Positions 22,313 through 30,684 are shown, numbered from the stretch's first letter. The stretch: 64,000 nucleotides of DNA from a virus (IMGVR_UViG_3300023179_004209:167832-231831); one strand, 5' to 3'. Numbers and translations are program-made. Notes: generated by a model from the sequence alone, not told the origin.

Positions 22313-22510
22313 TCATTCATCGTCACCTTCAATATCTTTTGAAGATGCCAATGGAAGTGAATTTGTTTCTTCAACAATAGCTTTAATTTCGCTCTCAATC
22401 TCTTTCATCTTTTCTTTATAACCAGCAGCTACATCCTTGAAATCTTTCTTCACAAAGATTAACTTTTCTGTCAACTCATACACTTTCTTTTCTGCTTCTT
22501 GTTTTGTCAT
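22313..22510 (-). CDS. Small coiled-coil hypothetical protein
   Basis: 65 aa ORF. Confidence 0.65.
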   Translation of the reverse strand: MTKQEAEKKVYELTEKLIFVKKDFKDVAAGYKEKMKEIESEIKAIVEETNSLPLASSKDIEGDDE

Positions 22511-22550
22511 ATACTATATTTTATTATTTGTTTTTACTTATTACCGAAAT

Positions 22551-22935
22551 TGGTGGACATAAAGGGAGTCGAACCCTTGTCTTTAAAACAGTATCATAAT
22601 CAGACTACGTGTGTATACATTTTTTAGTTGTTAAGAACAATTATATTAAATGTCAAAACTAATTGTCCTAAAGATTTACAAAATATTCAACCAACAACGC
22701 AAATCAAATTGTTGATATAGCCTGATAGTTTACACTCAATATTATTATCAGACATCATAATATCAAATGTGCAGCCAAATTAGGCTGCTAGTGCTACTGC
22801 ATCACGGGAGGTGAAGTTGTAGCTGATTACATTATCTTCAGCAGTTAATGTTTTGATAGAAGTTTTAAGAGGCCAACTATCATCCTCTACACGCCTAACT
22901 AGTCAATTGTCTTAAATCGAAACCAGTATATGCCC
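22551..22935 (-). ncRNA. ssrA: tmRNA; tag AEDNVISYNFTSRDAVALAA encoded at 22780-22842
   Basis: 5' GGGCATA pairs with 3' TATGTCC-ACCA with a G3:U70 Ala wobble; T-arm AAGGGTTCGACTCCCTT; tag ORF ends ALAA-stop within the GCAGCC/GGCTGC hairpin. Confidence 0.95.
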
Positions 22936-22943
22936 ATAAATTC

Positions 22944-23198
22944 TCAAAGATCAAAAAATTCTTTATACGAAATTGTTTCATCCAACCCTAATTCTCGTCT
23001 CATATTTGCAAATAACTCTTTACCTCTTTCAACAGAAACTGGTTGGTTTAATTCTTCTCTTTTAATATCTTTAATAACAATTTCTATCTCACGACGAATT
23101 CTATTAGATTCAATCGGATTATTATCCTTTGTTTCTAACTCGTCTTGTAATTGACTCAATTTATTTTTTAAGTCATTTAACTTTTTATTTGTATTCAT
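22944..23198 (-). CDS. Hypothetical protein
   Basis: 84 aa ORF between tRNA array 1 and tmRNA. Confidence 0.65.
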   Translation of the reverse strand: MNTNKKLNDLKNKLSQLQDELETKDNNPIESNRIRREIEIVIKDIKREELNQPVSVERGKELFANMRRELGLDETISYKEFFDL

Positions 23199-23226
23199 TC
23201 TTATAAATATATAAATATTTTAAAAA

Positions 23227-23300
23227 TGGAGCGGGTAGCCGGAATCGAACCGGCACATCGACCTTGGCAAGGTTGCAGGCTACCACTACATCATACCCGC
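23227..23300 (-). tRNA. tRNA-Gly(GCC)
   Basis: Cloverleaf, loop TTGCCAA, encoded CCA. Confidence 0.9.
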
Positions 23301-23309
23301 TTACAAATT

Positions 23310-23384
23310 TGGTGGACCGTAAGAGAATCGAACTCTTCCCTAAAGCTTGCAAAGCTCCCGTGCTACCACTATCACTAACAGCCC
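23310..23384 (-). tRNA. tRNA-Ala(TGC)
   Basis: Cloverleaf, loop TTTGCAA, G3:U70, CCA. Confidence 0.9.
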
Positions 23385-23443
23385 ATATCTATTAAAGAAC
23401 TTACACCAATATATAGTATAAGTCAAATCAAAAAACAAAAATC

Positions 23444-23559
23444 TATCAGACACCTTGACGGTTTTATGGGCATATTTAACCCACAGATTATTAGCCAAAC
23501 ACAGCCGTTGGTTATTGTTTCGGACCTAACCAAGTTCAAACCTCTACCTTTGTCTGATA
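23444..23559 (-). ncRNA. Putative structured non-tRNA RNA inside array 1
   Basis: Terminal 9-bp stem TATCAGACA/TGTCTGATA enclosing hairpins TTGGTTA/TAACCAA and TGGG/CCCA. Confidence 0.5.
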
Positions 23560-23566
23560 TAAAAAA

Positions 23567-23642
23567 TGGTCGGAATGACAGGACTCGCACCTGCAACCTC
23601 CTAGCTCCAAACCAGGCCGTCTACTATTGACATTACATTCCG
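23567..23642 (-). tRNA. tRNA-Pro(TGG)
   Basis: Cloverleaf, loop TTTGGAG, T-loop variant TGCGAGT, CCA. Confidence 0.88.
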
Positions 23643-23649
23643 ATTAAAT

Positions 23650-23723
23650 TGGCAGGGGATAAGGGAATCGAACCCCCACAAGAAGATTCAAAGTCTTCCG
23701 CACTACCATTATGCAAATCCCCA
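23650..23723 (-). tRNA. tRNA-Gln(TTG)
   Basis: Cloverleaf, loop CTTTGAA, CCA. Confidence 0.9.
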
Positions 23724-23730
23724 GTTAAAT

Positions 23731-23804
23731 TGGAGCGGGTAGAGGGAATCGAACCCTCTCATGGGCTTTGGAAGAGCCCCAGGCTACCGTTACATCACAC
23801 CCGC
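23731..23804 (-). tRNA. tRNA-Gly(TCC)
   Basis: Cloverleaf, loop CTTCCAA, CCA. Confidence 0.9.
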
Positions 23805-23811
23805 TTTAAAA

Positions 23812-23901
23812 TGGCGGAAAGAGAAGGATTTGAACCTTCGGGGGTTTTAAGGCCCCGGAGCTTTAGCAAAGCTCTGCATTAGACCACTCTGCCACCTTTC
23901 C
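23812..23901 (-). tRNA. tRNA-Ser(GCT)
   Basis: Long variable arm, loop TTGCTAA, CCA. Confidence 0.92.
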
Positions 23902-23984
23902 GTAAAATTTTGACAATCTCTGATTTCTTCATGGGACGATATTATCAGTCCTCAGTTCCAATGTCAAGTGGAGTTGTATTAAAA

Positions 23985-24071
23985 TGGCGGAAGCAGTAGG
24001 ACTTGCACCTACGAGGGTTTCTGGCCCCAGGCGTTTTCAAGACGCTTTCCTCGACTAGCCGGACTACTTCC
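23985..24071 (-). tRNA. tRNA-Ser(TGA)
   Basis: Long variable arm, loop CTTGAAA, atypical D-arm, CCA. Confidence 0.82.
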
Positions 24072-24082
24072 GTAAAATAAAT

Positions 24083-24160
24083 TGGTGGACCAGGTGAGAA
24101 TCGAACTCACATCAGATTGATTGCAAATCAGTCTCGCTTAGCCTTAGAACATGCTAGCCC
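24083..24160 (-). tRNA. tRNA-Ala(TGC), divergent copy
   Basis: Loop TTTGCAA, G3:U70, atypical D-arm, CCA. Confidence 0.75.
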
Positions 24161-24171
24161 ATAAAATAAAT

Positions 24172-24256
24172 TGGTGGGCATAGAGGGACTTGAACCCCCA
24201 CGGATTGCTCCACGAGCTTCTAAGACTCGCATGGCTGCCAATTACATCATACGCCC
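24172..24256 (-). tRNA. tRNA-Leu(TAG)
   Basis: Long variable arm, loop CTTAGAA, CCA. Confidence 0.92.
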
Positions 24257-24263
24257 AATAAAA

Positions 24264-24341
24264 TGGTCGGAATGATAGGATTTGAACCTACGACATCTTG
24301 CTCCCAAAGCAAGCGCTCTAGCCAAACTGAGCTACATTCCG
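24264..24341 (-). tRNA. tRNA-Pro(TGG)
   Basis: Canonical cloverleaf, loop TTTGGGA, CCA. Confidence 0.93.
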
Positions 24342-24348
24342 ATTAAAA

Positions 24349-24423
24349 TGGTAGGCGGTAAAGGATTTGAACCTCTGGCCTTGACCGTGTAAAGGTCCTG
24401 CTCTTCCACTGAGCTAACCGCCC
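24349..24423 (-). tRNA. tRNA-Val(TAC)
   Basis: Canonical cloverleaf, loop TTTACAC, CCA. Confidence 0.92.
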
Positions 24424-24455
24424 ATTTAAAAATCGTTATTTAACTTATTCCAATT

Positions 24456-24552
24456 ATCGCCAGTTGGGTTCTGCACTAAACATAACACCCAGTGACCGAT
24501 CAAGTGTTTTAACTTTCGTTGGGGACACCAGATAGAGTTTCAACCCCGAACA
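24456..24552 (-). ncRNA. Conserved structured leader RNA, copy 1 (5' of tRNA array 1)
   Basis: Homologous to 33477-33590: TTGAAACTCYATCTG, TTGATYGGTC, TGGGTGTTATGTT...TGCAGAACCCA...GGCGAT, with compensatory stem changes. Confidence 0.7.
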
Positions 24553-24559
24553 TGTATTT

Positions 24560-24587
24560 AATTTACCACACCTTCTCATTTTGTCAA
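24560..24587 (-). promoter_or_regulatory. Sigma70-type promoter of tRNA array 1
   Basis: TTGACA-16bp-TAAATT with extended -10 TG. Confidence 0.7.
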
Positions 24588-24592
24588 CACCT

Positions 24593-24635
24593 AAAAATCA
24601 AAAACCCGTCATTCTTTTTTTGAAGTGACGGGTTG
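24593..24635 (-). terminator. Attenuator terminator 1
   Basis: AACCCGTCA..TTC/GAA..TGACGGGTT stem plus TTTGATTTTT. Confidence 0.85.
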
Positions 24636-24662
24636 GTTCTTTAAGAGCAAACAACCTCGCAC

Positions 24663-24716
24663 TCAACTTCCGGATGGGAGTTGACTTGCTTGACTAGGTT
24701 GTGAAACTGAATTCAT
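24663..24716 (-). CDS. Leader peptide 1 MNSVSQPSQASQLPSGS (17 aa)
   Basis: Manual translation; preceded by TATATATT promoter-like motif; stop codon overlaps the antiterminator strand; composition matches array 1 tRNAs. Confidence 0.8.
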   Translation of the reverse strand: MNSVSQPSQASQLPSGS

Positions 24717-24758
24717 ACTATGACAATATATATGTAAAAATTTTTGAAATCAACAAAT

Positions 24759-26117
24759 TTATTTACATTTTATTAAATTTTTAAACTTGTCTAATACTGA
24801 TGACTTGGTTTCAACAATAAAATTATTCTTGTTATTAACCAATTTAATTTCATTAATCACTGGCTCATTTGGTACTGGACCTACAGGTACGGCATTACCA
24901 TATGAATTGATTGGTGGCCACCATCCACCCAAATTCTTCAATAAATTATTTGTATCAACATTAATATTATTTTCTTGAATTATAATATTTTTAAATGCAG
25001 GCGTAGATAAATTCAAATCTCTATCCATACTGTATCCCAAAAATATTCCATCCCATGGTGCATACTTTCCTGGCTTCCAATTCCATGTTCCTTTACCAGT
25101 TGTTTTAACATTATTGTTTCTAATAATCAAATCATGATGATATGCATAGTTTACCGCCCACCATTCATTGCCATATTGTCTTACATAGTTTTGCGCACTT
25201 AATCTAATAAAACAAGGAACTTCTAGTCCACTATTTTCTTCGACAATTGTTCCAATATTCATTCCAGTGTCAACATAATAACACATTCCTTGAAATCCAT
25301 CAAAGTTATTTTTTCTAATCACCGCACCTTTTGTATTAGCAACACTAATACCAGCTAATGGAGAAAATTGTGTTTTACCAGCGTCACCTCTAAATGTACA
25401 ATATTCAACTAAACATTGTGCAGCAAACACTTTACCAGCCAAATGTCCACCTACTTGTACATGTACAATTTGTTCTGTATCATGTTCTGGATATCTATTA
25501 TTTCTGCCTGGTGAATGAAAATCGCATCTTCTTACAGTAGTTCCTTTTGCACCATCTTTTGAATTCTTTGATAATAATGATATGATAATAAATGATGTGG
25601 CATTATCTTTACCCACATTAAATCCTTTAAATTCACAATCTTCATATAATGTATTACTACCAAATGTAGTACAACCGGCAGTGGTTAATTCACCGCCTTT
25701 AGCTTCATTTATTTCATCATAGTTACCGTCAAAAGTAATTCCTTTAAATACTATGTTCTTACAATCTACACTACCATCACCACCAGGTCCAACTGCCTGA
25801 ACCATAATCAATTGATTTCCATTTACCGCCAAATCTCTTCTACCACTTAAATATTTGGATAATTTTAAAATTGTTTTACCTTTACCCTTTCCAATTATTT
25901 GAACTCCTGATTCATTTTGTTTTGGATTCCAACCCCATAAAATACCACTTTTTAATACCTTTTCTGGATCATTTTCACTGATTCCTTCTCCACCAATATA
26001 ATATGTACCTTCATCAAGTTCACAAATATTATTTTCCATTATACACTTATTGATTGCGTATGCGGAGTTTACTTTTATATCATTTGGCTTTGCGCCATAT
26101 TGTTCTGGTTTACTCAT
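24759..26117 (-). CDS. Right-handed parallel beta-helix protein (pectate-lyase-like; possible depolymerase)
   Basis: 452 aa; N-terminal EQYGAKPND motif, G.GKGKTILK, repeated xExNxF/IxNN beta-helix rungs. Confidence 0.6.
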   Translation of the reverse strand: MSKPEQYGAKPNDIKVNSAYAINKCIMENNICELDEGTYYIGGEGISENDPEKVLKSGILWGWNPKQNESGVQIIGKGKGKTILKLSKYLSGRRDLAVNGNQLIMVQAVGPGGDGSVDCKNIVFKGITFDGNYDEINEAKGGELTTAGCTTFGSNTLYEDCEFKGFNVGKDNATSFIIISLLSKNSKDGAKGTTVRRCDFHSPGRNNRYPEHDTEQIVHVQVGGHLAGKVFAAQCLVEYCTFRGDAGKTQFSPLAGISVANTKGAVIRKNNFDGFQGMCYYVDTGMNIGTIVEENSGLEVPCFIRLSAQNYVRQYGNEWWAVNYAYHHDLIIRNNNVKTTGKGTWNWKPGKYAPWDGIFLGYSMDRDLNLSTPAFKNIIIQENNINVDTNNLLKNLGGWWPPINSYGNAVPVGPVPNEPVINEIKLVNNKNNFIVETKSSVLDKFKNLIKCK

Positions 26118-26139
26118 ATATTATATTCCTTCTATATAA

Positions 26140-26177
26140 ACTAAAAACCTGCCATCCTTTTTGAATGACAGGTTTAC
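26140..26177 (-). terminator. Intrinsic terminator
   Basis: AAACCTGTCATTC-AAAAAA-GGATGGCAGGTTT-TT. Confidence 0.75.
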
Positions 26178-26196
26178 AATTTATATTTTTATTTTA

Positions 26197-26301
26197 TTAT
26201 CTAGCTCCACTTGGTTTTGGAGTTCCACTTGGCTTTGGTGTGCCTGTTGGTTTTGGAGTTGAACTTGGAGTACCACTTGGTTTTGGAGTTGGTGTTGGCA
26301 T
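26197..26301 (-). CDS. Small TPKPSG-repeat peptide (34 aa)
   Basis: MPTPTPKPSGTPSSTPKPTGTPKPSGTPKPSGAR; AAAGGA upstream; synonymous variation between repeats; downstream terminator. Confidence 0.65.
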   Translation of the reverse strand: MPTPTPKPSGTPSSTPKPTGTPKPSGTPKPSGAR

Positions 26302-26344
26302 AAACTATATATTCCTTTCTTTAGAGATACATATTACTCAAAAA

Positions 26345-26380
26345 TAAAAAACCGTTAACTTTTTACGGTTAACGGTTGTA
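26345..26380 (-). terminator. Intrinsic terminator after outer-membrane barrel gene
   Basis: ACCGTTAAC/GTTAACGGT stem followed by T tract. Confidence 0.7.
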
Positions 26381-26402
26381 ATTCTTTATTTTAATTTTAC
26401 TA

Positions 26403-27089
26403 TTAGAATGTGTACTTAACACCTGCGGAATATAGAACTTCAGCAGTCAATTCTTCAGTAGCAAAACGGTACTTAGCAGTACTAAAGTTGTTGTCAATTA
26501 CACCAACTTCAGCATATGGTACAAAGTTACCAATTGGACGAGATACATTCAACTTGGCAGTAACTGCATCATATCGTTCAAACTTTACGAATTCAGCAGA
26601 TGGAGTTGCCTTGAATCCATATGGCAGACTAAATGTATGATACGCACCAAAACCTGCACCAGCTTGTTCTAGGTTAATGTCATAAGCACCACGAACATAT
26701 GGAGTCAACCATGGATTCTGTGCTTCCAATTTTACACCAAATTCAGTGGAATTCTTAATACCAAATCCACCGGCTTGGTGACGAGTAGCAGTTGCATCCA
26801 AACGAAGGGTCAACCATTCAAAGGTCTTTACACCCTTACCTGTACCAACTGTCCAGTGGGATTGATCAACACCATCCTTTGGCAATAACAAACCACTAAC
26901 ATATACATCCGCATACTTTAGTGACTTTACCGCAGCAAAACCAACATATGCAGAACCTTCTGCACGACTAACACCGTTAACGATGTATTGGTTATTGTAT
27001 CCAGCATCAAGAGTCAATGATGCAGTATCTTCTGCGGTTACGGCGACAGCTGCGAAAAGAGCAGCCAATACTAATACTAGTTTCTTCAT
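26403..27089 (-). CDS. Outer-membrane beta-barrel protein (putative porin)
   Basis: Sec signal MKKLVLVLAALFAAVAVTA, alternating amphipathic strands, C-terminal GVKYTF BAM signature; higher GC than neighbours. Confidence 0.8.
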   Translation of the reverse strand: MKKLVLVLAALFAAVAVTAEDTASLTLDAGYNNQYIVNGVSRAEGSAYVGFAAVKSLKYADVYVSGLLLPKDGVDQSHWTVGTGKGVKTFEWLTLRLDATATRHQAGGFGIKNSTEFGVKLEAQNPWLTPYVRGAYDINLEQAGAGFGAYHTFSLPYGFKATPSAEFVKFERYDAVTAKLNVSRPIGNFVPYAEVGVIDNNFSTAKYRFATEELTAEVLYSAGVKYTF

Positions 27090-27301
27090 ATTTATTTATT
27101 ATTTATCTTTAATGTTTTTGTTTAACTAATAAACTTCACTCAAAGTTTATTTACTTAACTTATTCATCATACATTGATCTTCAAGAATATCAACTTATTA
27201 TATAATGACAGTTCTGAACATAACTATCACTCCCATTTTATAAAAATTAAAAATAATTTTAACCCATTATTTATCTATATATAAAAAACTATTTTACATT
27301 T

Positions 27302-28114
27302 ATGGATAATATTACAACTGAAAAACCTTCGTTCATCAAACAATTAGATGCAAAAAAATTAGTAAATAATTTGATAGTACCCATCATTTTTTTAGGTCTA
27401 ATTGTTTATTTTGTATTCTTAAATAACAGTTATAAAAACCTAACAGGTAAATTCAATAAACAAACCGAAATCGTTTCAAATCAAAATTTGCTCATTACAA
27501 ATCTTAATTTAAAAAATTCAGAACTATCCACTGTAATTAAAAATTATGATCAAAAATTCAGCTTTTTACAAACAAATGTAGCACATTTACAACAACTTAC
27601 AGATAACTTAAAAAAGTCATCTGAAGACAAGGATATTAAAATTAAATTGCTTGAACAAGAAAAAGGAGCACTAGAATCTGATGTCAAATCACTTCGTAAT
27701 ACTATAGTAAAAATGACCGCAGAAATCGTAGAATATAGCGACGAATTGAAAAAAGCCAAAACTGAAACTGAGCAAAATGATCTAATAAACAAGATTACAA
27801 AGCTCACTGAAGAAAGAAATTTCCTACAAGATCAAGTCAAACAATATGAAAAAATCATCGACGACTTAAGAAAAGAAAACACCTTTTTAGCAGCAAAATT
27901 AAGAGAAAATCTCAAAAAAGAAGGTTATGAATTCAACTCTCCAATAGGTACTTGGCCGAAAGGAGCCGAAGCATTAATGAAAATTTCCAGAGAAAATCTA
28001 AAGAAAAAGCTGGATGAATTGAACAAAATCAAAGAAAAAGAAGAACCAAAAAAAGAAGAAAAAAGTGATGAAAAACCCAAAAAACAAGGGTTTTTTAGAA
28101 ACCTTTTCAAATAA
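27302..28114 (+). CDS. Membrane-anchored coiled-coil protein
   Basis: 270 aa; single N-terminal TM, long heptad region. Confidence 0.7.
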   Translation: MDNITTEKPSFIKQLDAKKLVNNLIVPIIFLGLIVYFVFLNNSYKNLTGKFNKQTEIVSNQNLLITNLNLKNSELSTVIKNYDQKFSFLQTNVAHLQQLTDNLKKSSEDKDIKIKLLEQEKGALESDVKSLRNTIVKMTAEIVEYSDELKKAKTETEQNDLINKITKLTEERNFLQDQVKQYEKIIDDLRKENTFLAAKLRENLKKEGYEFNSPIGTWPKGAEALMKISRENLKKKLDELNKIKEKEEPKKEEKSDEKPKKQGFFRNLFK

Positions 28115-28127
28115 ATAAATACAAATT

Positions 28128-28601
28128 ATGCCATACGAATACCACGCAAAAGTAACAGAAGTTGTTGACGGAGATACCATTGTCATTGATATTGATTTAG
28201 GTTTTGATGTCATCTTTACCAAACAAAAAGTACGACTTTTAGGAGTTGATACCCCAGAAAGTCGTACCGCAGATAAAACCGAAAAAGTATTTGGTTTAGC
28301 AAGCAAAGACTATGTAAAAAAATTTATTGAGTCTTGTCCTGATAAACATGTCATTATTAGAACCCATGTCAGTGATGATGTAGATAGTAACGGTAGAGAG
28401 AAATTTGGCCGTCTTTTAGGTGAAATCATACAACCTGACACCAAAAAAGTACTCAATGACGAACTTATCAATAACGGTTACGCCGTTCGTTATATGGGCG
28501 AAAATAAAGATAAAGTAAAAGACCTCCACCTAAAAAATCGTAAACGACTCATAGATGAAGGTCTCGTTAAAATGTCTTATAAAGACGCTGGTATACTATA
28601 A
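28128..28601 (+). CDS. Thermonuclease (SNase-like) family nuclease
   Basis: VVDGDTI, VRLLGVDTPE and KFGRLLGEI motifs. Confidence 0.9.
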   Translation: MPYEYHAKVTEVVDGDTIVIDIDLGFDVIFTKQKVRLLGVDTPESRTADKTEKVFGLASKDYVKKFIESCPDKHVIIRTHVSDDVDSNGREKFGRLLGEIIQPDTKKVLNDELINNGYAVRYMGENKDKVKDLHLKNRKRLIDEGLVKMSYKDAGIL

Positions 28602-28609
28602 AAATACCA

Positions 28610-30127
28610 TTATTCAATTACAGTAAACTTCAAACTTCTAATAAGGAGTTTGAAGTTTTTATCTTTTACATTATTCAAAACTAATTTAATTGATTTTGGA
28701 TATCCCACAAATTTAGTATTCAAATCAGTTGTCAATGACTGCGGTCCAGTTCCTATTGTAATTGGAAAATCATGAGATGTATCAATACCCTTATCTGGTT
28801 GTCTACCATCTAAAATATTAACACGACCAACATAATTACCATTTACATATACACTAATTTTAAATTTATCAACATATGAAATTGGACCAGTTTCAACCGT
28901 CAATATTGACAATTTTGACTTTAAATTTAGTAATTCTTTGATTTTATCACTTTCTGGAATATCCAACACAACTCCAGCAGATGTTAATGTTCCGGTAACA
29001 GGAACTGTAACTGTCTTCGGAATATTTGTATTAATATTAGAAATTAACTTAACAGGTTCATCAGATGGTGATTGATACTTTACATTAGTCATTTTAGTAA
29101 CAATATCTTTTACAGTTACCTTTACAGGACTACCATCAATATCAGTATATGTATATTCTTGTTTTCCCCAAGGACCATTGATATCTGGCATTTCATTTTT
29201 ATACAATGACCAAATACGATCTATATTTCCATGATGCATAAAGAATATAGGATCGTTAGCTGCATATCTCAATGTTCCCATCGTTCTATTACCACCATAA
29301 CGAGTTCCTACCCAATCGTGTCCATTGTTATGTGGTCCTTGTTCCAATAAACCTTGACCAGTATTTCTATCAGTGACTGACTTACCACCGAAAATTTCAA
29401 ATGGTGCCTGTAAAATAGCATTAATATAATCACTACTCATATACCACTTGGTTTCAATAATATGTTGTTTTGAATCTGGACTTACTTCATTATTAGGGTC
29501 CATAGTTGGTTCCGCAATAGATGGCTTTCTATTACCATCATATAATGCCAAATTATCAAAATCCAGATTATCTGCACTTACCATATCTTCTTGAGTCAAA
29601 TCATATCCAAATAATGGACTAGATAAACCAGATTGTTTACGATTCTTTGTATTAGGCATTTCTTGATGATTACTCCAATCCCAATATGGATATGCAAAAG
29701 CAACACCGTTCCATCCAAAATTAGTCTTTAAAATATTATCCAATATTCTTTCCAAGAAATAAATATATCCACGATGCCATGGCAAAAAGTACCAACTCCA
29801 ATGTACTTGATCCATAGGAACACCTGAATCTGTACAATGATACGCATGCAATTTAGCATAGTTTTCCCATTGTGTAGGACTATTCAATGGTACATTTCTA
29901 CGCATATATCCAACTGCACGACACAAATTCTTTACTTCATCATCCGTCAAATCATAAAAACTCTTACGAATTCTTGTCGGTTCATTATTAAAATTAAACC
30001 TCTTACCACCAACAGCAGGTCCACATGTTGGATCATTAATCGGTTGTTTAGATGCCGCATTTAAATTTAATCCAAGTGTACTAGTAAGTAACCCAGACTT
30101 TAAAAAAGTTCTTCTTGTTGTATCCAT
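28610..30127 (-). CDS. Tyrosinase/polyphenol oxidase with Tat signal
   Basis: TRRTFLK twin-arginine signal; CuA HAYHC...HWSWYFLPWHR; CuB HNNGH...DPIFFMHHGNIDRIW. Confidence 0.9.
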   Translation of the reverse strand: MDTTRRTFLKSGLLTSTLGLNLNAASKQPINDPTCGPAVGGKRFNFNNEPTRIRKSFYDLTDDEVKNLCRAVGYMRRNVPLNSPTQWENYAKLHAYHCTDSGVPMDQVHWSWYFLPWHRGYIYFLERILDNILKTNFGWNGVAFAYPYWDWSNHQEMPNTKNRKQSGLSSPLFGYDLTQEDMVSADNLDFDNLALYDGNRKPSIAEPTMDPNNEVSPDSKQHIIETKWYMSSDYINAILQAPFEIFGGKSVTDRNTGQGLLEQGPHNNGHDWVGTRYGGNRTMGTLRYAANDPIFFMHHGNIDRIWSLYKNEMPDINGPWGKQEYTYTDIDGSPVKVTVKDIVTKMTNVKYQSPSDEPVKLISNINTNIPKTVTVPVTGTLTSAGVVLDIPESDKIKELLNLKSKLSILTVETGPISYVDKFKISVYVNGNYVGRVNILDGRQPDKGIDTSHDFPITIGTGPQSLTTDLNTKFVGYPKSIKLVLNNVKDKNFKLLIRSLKFTVIE

Positions 30128-30128
30128 A

Positions 30129-30329
30129 TTATTTTATTTTAGTATTAACCCAACCAATTCGATGTTTACACATCCAATCAATCAATGCCTTTTCAAATCC
30201 TATATCATTACCTTTCTTTTCGCTTTCAATCCATTTATGTTTTTCTATTTCCTTCTTCAATTCCATAAATTTTTGATATAGATTAGAATTTTGCATACAA
30301 AAATAAATACAACTCTGAAACATAAACAT
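30129..30329 (-). CDS. DUF4032-like small protein
   Basis: EIEKHKWIESEKKGNDIGFEKALIDW motif; real start probably the later Met (MQNSNL). Confidence 0.65.
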   Translation of the reverse strand: MFMFQSCIYFCMQNSNLYQKFMELKKEIEKHKWIESEKKGNDIGFEKALIDWMCKHRIGWVNTKIK

Positions 30330-30351
30330 AACAAATTTATTTATCTAAAAA

Positions 30352-30426
30352 TGGAGTCCCGTGTTGGATTTGCACCAACCTAATACTGTTTTGCAGACAG
30401 TTGCCTAACTACTCGACCAACGAGAC
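30352..30426 (-). tRNA. tRNA-Cys(GCA)
   Basis: Loop CTGCAAA, U73, CCA. Confidence 0.88.
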
Positions 30427-30432
30427 ATTAAA

Positions 30433-30507
30433 TGGAGCCTGTTACTAGAATCGAACCAGTGCTTTCTCGTTACGAAGGAGAAGTGCTACCACTATCACTA
30501 AACAGGC
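30433..30507 (-). tRNA. tRNA-Thr(CGT)
   Basis: Loop TTCGTAA, C2-G71, CCA. Confidence 0.85.
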
Positions 30508-30515
30508 ATATTAAA

Positions 30516-30592
30516 TGGAGCCTCATTCCAGACTTGCACTGGATTCTCAAGTTTACCGAACTTGCATAATAAACTACTTATACGAATAAGGC
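30516..30592 (-). tRNA. tRNA-Thr(GGT)
   Basis: Loop TCGGTAA (C33 atypical), CCA. Confidence 0.78.
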
Positions 30593-30600
30593 ATTTAAAA

Positions 30601-30677
30601 TGGCACACCCGGTAGGACTTGAACCTACAACCTTCTCGGTAGAAACGAGTTGCTCTATCCAATTGAGCTACGAGTGC
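30601..30677 (-). tRNA. tRNA-Arg(TCT)
   Basis: Canonical cloverleaf, loop TTTCTAC, CCA. Confidence 0.9.
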
Positions 30678-30684
30678 GTTAAAA

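Noticed and set aside
23444-23559. SRP (4.5S) RNA call
   Set aside because: Only the 5' half of the helix-8 motif matches; the GGA/AGCAG partner is missing and the motif is not at the apex of a long hairpin
24456-24552. Hatchet ribozyme or T-box identity for the array leader RNA
   Set aside because: Short words (TTAGTGCAGA, GTTAAAAC) recall hatchet but are in the wrong order and not both kept in copy 2; no T-box bulge consensus
26140-26301. Third attenuator (TPKPSG peptide plus terminator)
   Set aside because: The terminator resembles that of attenuator 1, but no antiterminator was found in the AT-rich spacer and the downstream gene has its own upstream promoter-like motif
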